From: an uncultured Gemmatimonadota bacterium
GTDB lineage: Bacteria; SM23-81
Reading direction: 5' to 3'
Length of the DNA stretch: 16,152 nt
Assembly (NCBI GenBank): GCA_964584035.1
Contig: CAZOYL010000056.1
Span: forward strand, 1 to 16,152
Below the pieces are notes generated by a model. The model worked only from the letters and a program-made list of their open reading frames with translations. It was not told the DNA's origin and searched no databases. Below are positions 8,568 through 16,152 of this stretch, in pieces. Both the position numbers and the translations under genes were made by a program. How positions within the stretch are numbered: position 1 is the first letter of the stretch; each line of letters begins with the position of its first letter.

Positions 8568-9485
8568 TTATAAAACGTGGGTCAACCAGCCATAGGAATC
8601 CTCCGCCCGGCCGGCCACGATCTGGAAAAAACGCTCCTGCAGTTCTCTGGTAACCGGCCCGCGCTTTCCCGAGCCGATCGTGATCTTATCCACGGATCTT
8701 ACGGGACAGATCTCCACGGCGCTGCCGGTAAAAAAGAGCTCGTCGGCGATGTACAGCATCTCCCGGGGAATGAGCTGCTCGATAACGCTCAGACCCATCT
8801 CCTGAGCCAGGGTGATGGCCGAATCCCGGGTGATCCCCGGCAGGATGGAGGCGCTCAGCGGCGGCGTGTAAAGGTTATCCCTGAATAGGACGAACAGGTT
8901 CTGGGCGCTCCCCTCGCTGACGTAGCCAAAGACATCCAGAGCGATGCCCTCGGCATAGCCGTCGAGCAGGGCCTCCATTTTGATCAGCTGCGAGTTCATA
9001 TAGTTGGCGCCGGATTTGGCCATAAACGGAAATGTGTTGGGTGCCATTCGGTTCCATGATGATATGCGCACATCAACGCCTTTCTCGATGCTCTCCTCGC
9101 CGAGATATTTCCCCCATCGCCAGACGGCAATGCTGACATCGATGGGACACTTGCCGGGGTTGACCCCCAGGGTCTGATATCCGCGATACACCAGGGGCCG
9201 GATATAACATTCCTCCAGCCCGTTCACCCTGATCAGCTCAACGATGGCCTCGCTGAGCTGCTCCGGCGAGAAAGGGATCTCCATACGGTAGATCTTGGAG
9301 GAGTCGAACAGCCTTCTGATGTGATCGGGCAGGCGGAAGATGGCCGGGCCTTTCGAAGTTTTATAACACCGCGCGCCCTCGAAAATGGAACTTCCATAAT
9401 GGACCACGTGAGAGAGCACGTGGATATTGGCATCGTCCCAATCGACCATGTTGCCGTTCATCCAGATCTTGGCGCATTTCTCCAT
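8568..9485 (-). CDS. ilvE: Branched-chain amino acid aminotransferase (fold IV PLP enzyme)
   Basis: [43 protein letters not shown] (PLP lysine), ILPGITR and [13 protein letters not shown] motifs; SD GAGGTG. Confidence 0.95.
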   Translation of the reverse strand: MEKCAKIWMNGNMVDWDDANIHVLSHVVHYGSSIFEGARCYKTSKGPAIFRLPDHIRRLFDSSKIYRMEIPFSPEQLSEAIVELIRVNGLEECYIRPLVYRGYQTLGVNPGKCPIDVSIAVWRWGKYLGEESIEKGVDVRISSWNRMAPNTFPFMAKSGANYMNSQLIKMEALLDGYAEGIALDVFGYVSEGSAQNLFVLFRDNLYTPPLSASILPGITRDSAITLAQEMGLSVIEQLIPREMLYIADELFFTGSAVEICPVRSVDKITIGSGKRGPVTRELQERFFQIVAGRAEDSYGWLTHVL

Positions 9486-9520
9486 TATCTCTCACCTCTT
9501 TTCGGAACTCGTGCGTTTAT

Positions 9521-10630
9521 CTATCCGCTATCGTCATCTTCGTTAAACGGTGCGCCAGGCGAGCCATAATCCATCGCCGCCTCCTCGCCGGACAGGACCC
9601 GAAGAGCCCCCTGGGCCAGTGCCTTCATCTCATCCTCTCCGGGAAACACCAGAACCGGCGCCAGAAATGATATCCTCTCCTTCAAGGAATCGATCAGATA
9701 GCCGCAGCGAGCCAGCCCCCCGGTGAGGACCACGGCATCGACCCGGCCTCTGAGCACGGCGGCCATGGCTCCGATCTCCTTGGCGATCTGACCGATCATG
9801 GCATCGTAGACCAGCCTGGTTCGGCGGTCCCCATTGACGATGCGCTCCTCGATCTCCTCGCCATCGGCGGTTCCCAGATAGGCCAGCAGGCCGCCTCGTT
9901 TCGTGGTCAGATCCAGCAACTGAGTTAGATCGTATTTGCCGGAGAAACACAGTCGGATCAAACCCGTGGTGGGCAATCCGCCGCTTCGGGTGGGCGCGAA
10001 GGGTCCGCCGTCCACGGCATTGTTGACGTCGATCATGCGGCCCCGGCGATGAGCGCTGACGGTAATGCCCGATCCCAGATGAGCGGCCACCAGGTTGATG
10101 CCGGCGTAGGTCTTGCCCAGCGAGTCGGCCGCCTGGCGGCAGACCATCTTCAGGTTCAGGGCATGCGACATGCTGGTGCGTTCCAGCTCCGGCAATCCGG
10201 ACAGGCGAGCCTCCGGAGGGAACTCATCCACCGACACCGGGTCGACGATAAAAGCCGGGATGCCGGCCTGTTCAGCCAGGCCATGGGCCAGCAATGCGCC
10301 CAGATTGGAGGCATGATCGACAAACACCCGGCCGTTTCGAATATCCGCGATCATCTCCGGCCCGACCCGATAGGTCCCGCTCCTCAAGGGTTTCAGAGCC
10401 CCGCCCCGGCCTATGACGGCCGAGAAGGTCTCCGGCCCGATCCGGCGGGCCTTTAACAGATCGCGAATGATCTTCTCGCGGAACGGCTCCTGATCGATGA
10501 TGCCGGGAAAACGGCTCAACTCTTCGCTTGGGTGTCGAATGGTCTCCTCAAATTGAGGCGACCGGTCATGAAAGACGGCCACCTTGGTCGAGGTCCCGCC
10601 GGGATTGATGATCAGGAGTCTATGAGACAT
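9521..10630 (-). CDS. buk: Butyrate kinase / branched-chain carboxylate kinase
   Basis: LLIINPGGTSTK, IGRGG, HASNLGA, IVDPVSVDE, ARLSGLP, HALNLK, HLGSGITV, DVNNA, GPFAPTRSG, LTGGLA and PGEDEM motifs. Homology starts at MSHRLL (ATG 10630), not at the ORF-track start 10951. Confidence 0.94.
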   Translation of the reverse strand: MSHRLLIINPGGTSTKVAVFHDRSPQFEETIRHPSEELSRFPGIIDQEPFREKIIRDLLKARRIGPETFSAVIGRGGALKPLRSGTYRVGPEMIADIRNGRVFVDHASNLGALLAHGLAEQAGIPAFIVDPVSVDEFPPEARLSGLPELERTSMSHALNLKMVCRQAADSLGKTYAGINLVAAHLGSGITVSAHRRGRMIDVNNAVDGGPFAPTRSGGLPTTGLIRLCFSGKYDLTQLLDLTTKRGGLLAYLGTADGEEIEERIVNGDRRTRLVYDAMIGQIAKEIGAMAAVLRGRVDAVVLTGGLARCGYLIDSLKERISFLAPVLVFPGEDEMKALAQGALRVLSGEEAAMDYGSPGAPFNEDDDSG

Positions 10631-10689
10631 GGTTTTGTGTGGAGTAAAGGAAACGCCTTTTGTCGACGGCTCTCTGCCGACGGATTTCT

Positions 10690-10719
10690 TCCCGCTGCCG
10701 GCTGATACCGGCATCGGGA
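10690..10719. other. GC-rich hairpin between crotonase and buk
   Basis: TCCCG-c-TGCCGG-(CTGATA)-CCGGCA-t-CGGGA: 11 bp stem with one mismatch and no U-tract on the transcribed (-) strand. Confidence 0.6.
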
Positions 10720-10727
10720 GTTGCTCG

Positions 10728-11516
10728 CTACGCGGTCTCGTCCTTGGTCCAGTTCGGTTTCCGTTTTTCCAAAAAGGCCGCCATGCCCTCCGGTGCCTGG
10801 CCGCTGGCGAAGCACAGCCCGAAGGCGTCGCTTTCCATGGCGCTGCCGGAGGACAGATCGACCTGCAGTCCCTTGTGGACCACCGATTTAACCAGCGAGA
10901 CGGCCACCGGCCCCTTGGCGTTGATCTTTTCGGCCAGGGCCATGACCGCATCCATCAGCTGCTCGGCCGCCACCACCTGGTTGACCAGACCGATGTCCCG
11001 GGCGGCCTGCGCGTCGATGATGTCGCCGGTCATCAACAGCTCCTTGGCCCTTCCCTCCCCGACGAGCCTGGGCAGCCGCTGCGTGCCGGCAAACCCGGGC
11101 GTGGTGCCCAGGTTCACCTCCGGCTGGCCGAACCTGGCCTTTTCGGACGCCACCCGGATATCACAGGCCATGGCCAGCTCACAGCCCCCTCCGAGACAGA
11201 ATCCGTTGACGGCCGCGATGACCGGCTTGTCCAGAGACTCGATCAGGTCGAAGACCCGCTGTCCCTTCAACGAAAAACGCTTGGCCTGAAAAGCATCCAT
11301 CTTCTTAAGCTGGGCAATGTCGGCCCCGGCCACGAAGGCCTTCCCCTGGCCGGTGATGATGATGGTTCCAACAGACACATCGCCATCCAGCTTGCCGAGG
11401 GCATCGGAAAGCTCATCGAAAGTTTCCGAGTTCAGCGCATTGAGAGCCTCGGGGCGATTGATCGTGATGATCGCGACCTGCTGCTGCCGGTTGATTTTCA
11501 GATTCTTATACGCCAT
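10728..11516 (-). CDS. crt: Enoyl-CoA hydratase (crotonase family)
   Basis: NRPEALNALN, AFVAGADI (oxyanion hole), AAVNGFCLGGGCELAMACD and FGQPEVNLG (both catalytic Glu), GTQRLPRLVG, EGMAAFLEKR; SD GGGAGG. Confidence 0.88.
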   Translation of the reverse strand: MAYKNLKINRQQQVAIITINRPEALNALNSETFDELSDALGKLDGDVSVGTIIITGQGKAFVAGADIAQLKKMDAFQAKRFSLKGQRVFDLIESLDKPVIAAVNGFCLGGGCELAMACDIRVASEKARFGQPEVNLGTTPGFAGTQRLPRLVGEGRAKELLMTGDIIDAQAARDIGLVNQVVAAEQLMDAVMALAEKINAKGPVAVSLVKSVVHKGLQVDLSSGSAMESDAFGLCFASGQAPEGMAAFLEKRKPNWTKDETA

Positions 11517-11541
11517 GATCTGAGCCTCCCGAATGATACCG

Positions 11542-12009
11542 TTACGAACCGACTGACACGGACCTGAGGATGTGTTCGGCCGCCCGGATCCGGTCCGGCT
11601 CGACGGAACTGGGGCCCAGCTCCCGAATGTGCCCGGTGAAATCGGTCATCACCTCGGCGAACCGGGTTCCCTCCCCGGCGGATATCCATTCCAGGCGCAG
11701 CCGGCCGGGCTCGATGCCGAACTGTTCCAGCAGCCTTCGGACCAGCGCCACCCGCGCCTGGGTCTTGTAATTTCCAGATATATAATGACAATCGCCGGGA
11801 TGACAGCCGCCGATGAAGACGCCATCGGCTCCCTGAGCGAAAGCGGCCAGAACGTGCTGCATATCGATCCTGCCGGTGCACATGACCCGTATCAGGGTGG
11901 TGTTGGGCGGATAGGACAGCCGGGAGGTGCCGGCCAGATCGGCCCCGGCGTATGTGCACCAGTTACAGGCAAAGCCGACGATGCGTGGTGACCATTTTTC
12001 ATCGGACAT
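11542..12009 (-). CDS. mvhD: MvhD/FlpD-family [2Fe-2S] protein (methyl-viologen-reducing hydrogenase delta subunit family)
   Basis: FACNWCTYAGADLAG, IRVMCTGRID, GADGVFIGGCHPGDCHYISGN and RLRLEWISAGEG motifs; overlaps the hdrA end by 11 bp. Confidence 0.94.
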   Translation of the reverse strand: MSDEKWSPRIVGFACNWCTYAGADLAGTSRLSYPPNTTLIRVMCTGRIDMQHVLAAFAQGADGVFIGGCHPGDCHYISGNYKTQARVALVRRLLEQFGIEPGRLRLEWISAGEGTRFAEVMTDFTGHIRELGPSSVEPDRIRAAEHILRSVSVGS

Positions 12010-13981
12010 GGGTTAAGATCGCTCCTATCTGTGCGAGAATTTGTCGATCGGTATAATGTCTCAAGGTGATACAGCCCGATGGACAGGTGGCACCGCAGGC
12101 GCCGCAACCCTTGCACAGGGTCGCGTTGACCGTCATGACGCCTTCCTCCTGGTCAAAGCTGAGAGCACTGTATTCGCAGACCGCCTCGCAGGTGCGGCAG
12201 CCGGAACAGCGCTGTTCATCGACGAAGGCGGTGATCGGCTCCACCTCGACCCGGCCCCGAGCCATGGGCGCGATGGCCGAGGACGCCGCTCCCTTGGCCT
12301 GGGCCACCGTATCGGGAATGTCCTTGGGGAACTGGCAGCATCCGGCCAGGTAGACGCCGTCGATGGCCGTCTCCACCGGCCGCAGCTTGGGATGCGCCTC
12401 CATCAGGAAACCATCGGCCGAACGGCTCAGCCGCAGCGCGCCGATCACCTCCCGGACACTGGCGCTGGGCACCATGCCGGCGGCCAGAACGACGAGATCG
12501 GCCTCGATCTCCACCGTCTCACTCAGAAGCGTATCCTCGGCCCGAACGGCCAGGCGTTCGCCCTTGCGGTAGATCTCCGAGGGATTGGCCCGGCGATAAG
12601 AAACACCCTCTTCTTTGACGCGCACGTAAAATTCCTCGTATCCCTTTCCGAAGGCCCTGACATCCATGTACAGCACGGTGACATTGGCCTGGGGCAGCTT
12701 TTCTTTGACCAGGTGGGCCTGCTTGGCGGTGGCCATGCAGCAGACCCGGGAACAATACTCGTTGCCCACCGTCTCATCCCGGGAACCGACACAATGGATG
12801 AAGACCACATCCCCGGGTTCCTTCTGGCCGATCCGGATGTGCCCCTCGGTGGGACCGGAGGGAGAGACAAGGCGCTCAAATTCCAGGCCGGAGATGACAT
12901 TCTCATACTGCTCATAACCGAATTCGGGTTTGCGGACGCAGGAGAACTGATCGTATCCGGTGGCCACCACGATGGTGCCCACCGGGATGTCCTCCAGGCG
13001 ATCCTCCATGTCGTAGTCGATGGCCTCCGGCCGGCAAACCTTCTGGCACTTCTTGCACTCGATACAGACCTCTTTCTGGATGACGAACTTATTGGGGACC
13101 GCCTGGGGAAACGGACGGTAGATGGCCTTCCGCTGCGATAGCCCCATGTTGAATTCATCGTCCACCTTCACCGGGCAGGCATCCACGCAGTCGCTGCAGG
13201 CGGTGCATTTTTCCCAATCCACGTAGGTGGCCTTGCGCCGGACCCGGGCGGTAAAGTTTCCGATGTAGCCCTCGATCGCCTCGACCTCAGAGTAAGCCAA
13301 CAGCCGGATATTGGGGTGTCGCTCGACCTCGACCATCTTGGGCGTCAGAATGCAGGCGGAACAGTCCAGCGTCGGAAAGGTCTTGTCCAGCTGAGCCATG
13401 TGACCCCCGATGGTGGGCTGGCGTTCCACCAGATGGACGGTGAAGCCGGCGTTGGCGATATCGAGGGCGGCCTGGATACCGGCGATCCCGCCCCCGATGA
13501 CGAGCGCCTCCGGCACGACGGACACCTCTTTGACCTCGAGCGATTCCAGCAAACGACTCCTGGCCACGGCGGCCCGCACCAGTCTCTTGGCCTTCTCGGT
13601 CGCCTCGGCGACGTCGTCGTGCACCCAGGAGCACTGTTCCCTGATATTGGCGATCTCCAAAAAATATGGGTTGAGACCGGCTTCCTGGAGTGTCTTTTTG
13701 AAGGTGGCCTCATGCAAACGCGGCGAGCAGGTCGCCGTGACCACCCGGTTGATGCCCTCCCGTCTGATATCCTCCATGATGAGTTTCTGTCCGGGATCCG
13801 AGCAGACGTAGGGATACTCCCGGGCGATCGCCACCCCGGGCAGCGAGGCGGCGAACTTGACCACTCCGGGGACATCCACGGTGGCGCTGATGTTGACGCC
13901 GCAGTGGCAGACATACACGCCGATCCGAGGTTCGCTCGCCCGTCGACCGCCCTTCGAACGTTTCTCTTTTTTCTTCTCCAA
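11999..13981 (-). CDS. hdrA: Heterodisulfide reductase subunit A family flavo-iron-sulfur protein, full length
   Basis: IGVYVCHCGVNI, CSPRLHE, NIREQCSWVH, VIGGGIAG, GGHMAQLDKTFPTLDCSAC, inserted 2x[4Fe-4S] domain, LEFERL, HCVGSRD, YCSRVCCM, HPKLRP, PKDIPD and C-terminal 2x[4Fe-4S] domain. Likely TTG start at 13981 after AGGAGAGG; GTG 14017 is an alternative. Confidence 0.94.
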   Translation of the reverse strand: MEKKKEKRSKGGRRASEPRIGVYVCHCGVNISATVDVPGVVKFAASLPGVAIAREYPYVCSDPGQKLIMEDIRREGINRVVTATCSPRLHEATFKKTLQEAGLNPYFLEIANIREQCSWVHDDVAEATEKAKRLVRAAVARSRLLESLEVKEVSVVPEALVIGGGIAGIQAALDIANAGFTVHLVERQPTIGGHMAQLDKTFPTLDCSACILTPKMVEVERHPNIRLLAYSEVEAIEGYIGNFTARVRRKATYVDWEKCTACSDCVDACPVKVDDEFNMGLSQRKAIYRPFPQAVPNKFVIQKEVCIECKKCQKVCRPEAIDYDMEDRLEDIPVGTIVVATGYDQFSCVRKPEFGYEQYENVISGLEFERLVSPSGPTEGHIRIGQKEPGDVVFIHCVGSRDETVGNEYCSRVCCMATAKQAHLVKEKLPQANVTVLYMDVRAFGKGYEEFYVRVKEEGVSYRRANPSEIYRKGERLAVRAEDTLLSETVEIEADLVVLAAGMVPSASVREVIGALRLSRSADGFLMEAHPKLRPVETAIDGVYLAGCCQFPKDIPDTVAQAKGAASSAIAPMARGRVEVEPITAFVDEQRCSGCRTCEAVCEYSALSFDQEEGVMTVNATLCKGCGACGATCPSGCITLRHYTDRQILAQIGAILTHVR

Positions 13982-14068
13982 GGACCTCTCCTTCAACCAC
14001 CTATAGGTACTCGGCACTCTTCGATACCATGATGATGATGGATTCGTTTCCAGGCGCCGAAATCGTGT

Positions 14069-14286
14069 TCAGCCCTTTTCGACCAACTGAGCTGCCCATT
14101 CATCGACCTGTTCTTCGATCTGCCCGGCCGACCGCTTTTTCATGGCGATGGCCAGCGTGCCGGCCGGCTCTCCGCCCGAGAGCAGCTCTTTCATGACGGC
14201 ACAGGTCTCCTCCCCCCGCGGGCGTTCATCTCCGCGATCCGGCGGGTATGGCCCGATCGGGAATAATATACCACCAGAGTCTTCAT
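14069..14286 (-). pseudogene. Flavodoxin pseudogene with internal deletion and frameshift
   Basis: After a strong SD (GGAGGAG), ATG 14286 reads MKTLVVYYSRSGHTRRIAEM (flavodoxin FMN-phosphate loop) and stops after 31 aa at 14191. The -1 frame continues GDERPRGEETCAVMKELLSGGEPAGTLAIAMKKRSAGQIEEQVDEWAAQLVEKG* to 14069, which resembles a flavodoxin C-terminus. Confidence 0.75.
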
Positions 14287-14302
14287 GACTCCTCCCGGCC
14301 TG

Positions 14303-15277
14303 TCAGCCTCCTTTGGTCTCCTTGATCTGCTCAGTCAGAGCCGGAATCACCTGGAACAGGTCGCCGACGATGCCATAATCGGCTACCGAAAAAATGGGCG
14401 CGTTGGGATCCTTATTAACGGCCACGATGGTCTCGGAGCCGGACATTCCGGCCAGATGCTGAAAGGCGCCGCTGATGCCCACGGCCACGTAAAGCTTCGG
14501 TTTCACGGTCCGCCCGGACTGGCCCACCTGACGGTCCGGCGGCAGCCACCCGGAATCGGTCACCGGCCGGGAGCAGGACAGGACGCCTCCCAGGGCCTGT
14601 GCCAGATCCTCGACCAGGGGAATATTTTTCTCCTCGCGGATACCCCGTCCGACAGATATGAGCACATCGGCCTGGGTGATATCCACATCCCCGACGACGG
14701 CCTCGACGTACTCGAGGAATTTCCGGTAGACGATCTCCTCCGTCAGGGGAGAATCCACCTCGGTGACCTGACCGTCCAGATCACCGGCGCCGGCGGCAAT
14801 GGCCCCCTGACGTATCATGATCATACAGGGGGTCCGGGCGAAGGACATCTCGGCATTGAGTTTCCCGCCGTATACCTGACGGAAACCCACCGGTTTCCCG
14901 TCCCGTAGCCGAACATCCAGACAATCTGTGGCCAGCGGCAGATCCAGCTCGACCGCCAACGCCGGGGCCAGATCCATCCCGAAGGAGGTGTGCCCGATAA
15001 AGGTCAGATCCGGGGCTCTCTCCTTGAGCAGGGCGGCCAGAACCCGCTGATAGGCATCGGCGTTGAAATTGGCCAGCCTGGCATCATCGACCACCAGGAC
15101 CTGATGGGCCCACTTCTTCAACGTCTCCGAGAACGGCCCCACCTCGTGCCCCAGCAACCCGGCCACCAGCTGGGCCCCGGCCTCCTCGGCCAGTTGCCGG
15201 CCCCTGGAAAGCATCTCCAGGGTGATATCGCGCAGCTCACCCATGCGATGCTCGGCCAAAACGAAGATCTCCTTCAT
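14303..15277 (-). CDS. etfA: Electron transfer flavoprotein alpha subunit
   Basis: DITQADVLISVGRGI, SCSRPVTD, RQVGQSGRTVKPKLYVAVGISGAFQHLAGM and AVNKDPNAPIF motifs; no N-terminal ferredoxin domain. Confidence 0.96.
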   Translation of the reverse strand: MKEIFVLAEHRMGELRDITLEMLSRGRQLAEEAGAQLVAGLLGHEVGPFSETLKKWAHQVLVVDDARLANFNADAYQRVLAALLKERAPDLTFIGHTSFGMDLAPALAVELDLPLATDCLDVRLRDGKPVGFRQVYGGKLNAEMSFARTPCMIMIRQGAIAAGAGDLDGQVTEVDSPLTEEIVYRKFLEYVEAVVGDVDITQADVLISVGRGIREEKNIPLVEDLAQALGGVLSCSRPVTDSGWLPPDRQVGQSGRTVKPKLYVAVGISGAFQHLAGMSGSETIVAVNKDPNAPIFSVADYGIVGDLFQVIPALTEQIKETKGG

Positions 15278-16066
15278 CTATACCACCCCCTTTTCCCGGA
15301 ATATCTCCACCAGCTTCTGGGATACCTCTTCCGGTCCGCCCTCTAAGATTTGAGCCCCCTCCCCCTTGGGCGGAACGCTCAGCTTGTTCAGGAAGATCCT
15401 GGAACCCTCCCGGCCGACCTCTCCTTCCGCGAGCCCCACATCGGTCATCGTCAACACCTTGATGGGCTTTTTCATGGCCTTGCGCAATCCCAGAATGGAG
15501 GCATACCGCGGTTCATTGATGCCGGTCTGGATGGTTAACAGCGCGGGAAGCTCGATCTCCAGACGTTCATGGGTCCCGCCCTCCAGCTCCCGCTCCACCC
15601 TGATCTTCCCGTCCAGAACCTCCAGGCCCGTCACCATGGCGGCGTGCGGTATGCCCAACAGCTCCGCCAGCGAGGTGCCCACCTGGCTGTAACCCAGGTC
15701 GCTGGAATAGGAACCGGTCAGCACCAGATCATAGGAAAGCGATTTCAGGGCGGCGGCCAGGATCCTGGCGGTGGCGAAGGCATCCGAATCGGCGAAATGA
15801 TCATCGGTCAAACGGATGGCCTCATGCGTGCCCTTGGCCAGCAGCGAGCGGAGCGTCTTATCGGCCGATTCCGGGCCCAGATTCACCAGGGTGATGGTGC
15901 CCCCGTATTTCTCGGTCAGCAGCAGGGCCTCCTCCACCGCGTAGTTGTCGGCCTCGTTCACATCGAAGACCAGCCGGTCCTTCCTGATGTCCCGACCGCT
16001 CTCATCGACCATCACCTCGGCCTCTGCGGTTACCGGAACCTGCTTGACACACACGACAATATCCAT
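15278..16066 (-). CDS. etfB: Electron transfer flavoprotein beta subunit
   Basis: MDIVVCVKQVP, NEADNYAVEEAL, SDAFATARIL, VERELEGG and INEPRYAS motifs; SD GGGGGTG; abuts etfA. Confidence 0.96.
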   Translation of the reverse strand: MDIVVCVKQVPVTAEAEVMVDESGRDIRKDRLVFDVNEADNYAVEEALLLTEKYGGTITLVNLGPESADKTLRSLLAKGTHEAIRLTDDHFADSDAFATARILAAALKSLSYDLVLTGSYSSDLGYSQVGTSLAELLGIPHAAMVTGLEVLDGKIRVERELEGGTHERLEIELPALLTIQTGINEPRYASILGLRKAMKKPIKVLTMTDVGLAEGEVGREGSRIFLNKLSVPPKGEGAQILEGGPEEVSQKLVEIFREKGVV

Positions 16067-16152
16067 CGGATCACCCCCAGCGCAGGTGAAAACATCTTAT
16101 CTCATCAGAATTGGTTTCTCAGCACTCAACCTGCAAAACGAGACCTACATAG

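Noticed and set aside
10631..10951. 107-aa N-terminal extension of the butyrate kinase ORF
   Set aside because: It overlaps the crotonase 3' end in another frame and is low-information Pro/Arg/Ser-rich sequence; Buk homology begins at ATG 10630.
11542..13981. Possible selenocysteine recoding in HdrA or MvhD
   Set aside because: Both frames are uninterrupted, and the positions that are Sec in some homologues (DCSAC, CTGR, GCHPGDC) are ordinary Cys codons.
11542..13981. Methanogenesis or archaeal origin implied by hdrA-mvhD
   Set aside because: Neighbouring genes (nrdR, lipobox TPR protein, buk/ptb) are bacterial, no hdrBC or mcr is present, and HdrA/MvhD homologues are common in anaerobic bacteria.
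14212..14217. G6 run as a programmed frameshift or phase-variation site restoring the flavodoxin
   Set aside because: Restoring the frame would give only about 72 aa, still lacking the flavodoxin core, so slippage cannot yield a functional protein.
16067..16152. Hammerhead- or riboswitch-like words (GAAAC, CTGATGAG) inside a GCAGGT...ACCTGC inverted repeat upstream of etfB; sigma54-like GG...TTGC
   Set aside because: There is no room for the hammerhead stems between the core words, the GG-GC spacing is 9 rather than 10 nt, and the region is cut by the window edge.

Overview
GC-rich bacterial DNA, most likely from an anaerobe, with two convergent gene blocks. The + strand (1-4186) carries a 5'-truncated polyferredoxin-type rnfB, tatC, apbE (flavin transferase) and a TPR lipoprotein. 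The - strand (16066 down to 4201) is one tightly packed run: etfB, etfA, a disrupted flavodoxin remnant missed by the ORF track, hdrA, mvhD, crotonase, buk, ilvE, ptb, rpiB, glyA, a YmaB-like NUDIX gene, dCMP deaminase and nrdR. No RNA genes, mobile elements or CRISPR arrays are evident. Four observations stand out. (1) An EtfAB + HdrA + MvhD module with no hdrBC or hydrogenase in the window sits next to acyl-CoA and branched-chain amino acid fermentation genes, a candidate electron-bifurcating or confurcating system. (2) The buk-ilvE-ptb cassette parallels the Bacillus ptb-bcd-buk cassette. (3) The flavodoxin gene inside the redox module is internally deleted and frameshifted. (4) A YmaB-like NUDIX gene lies between glyA and dCMP deaminase-nrdR, hinting at a role in dTMP precursor supply. 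All functional calls come from motif recognition by eye; no searches were run.
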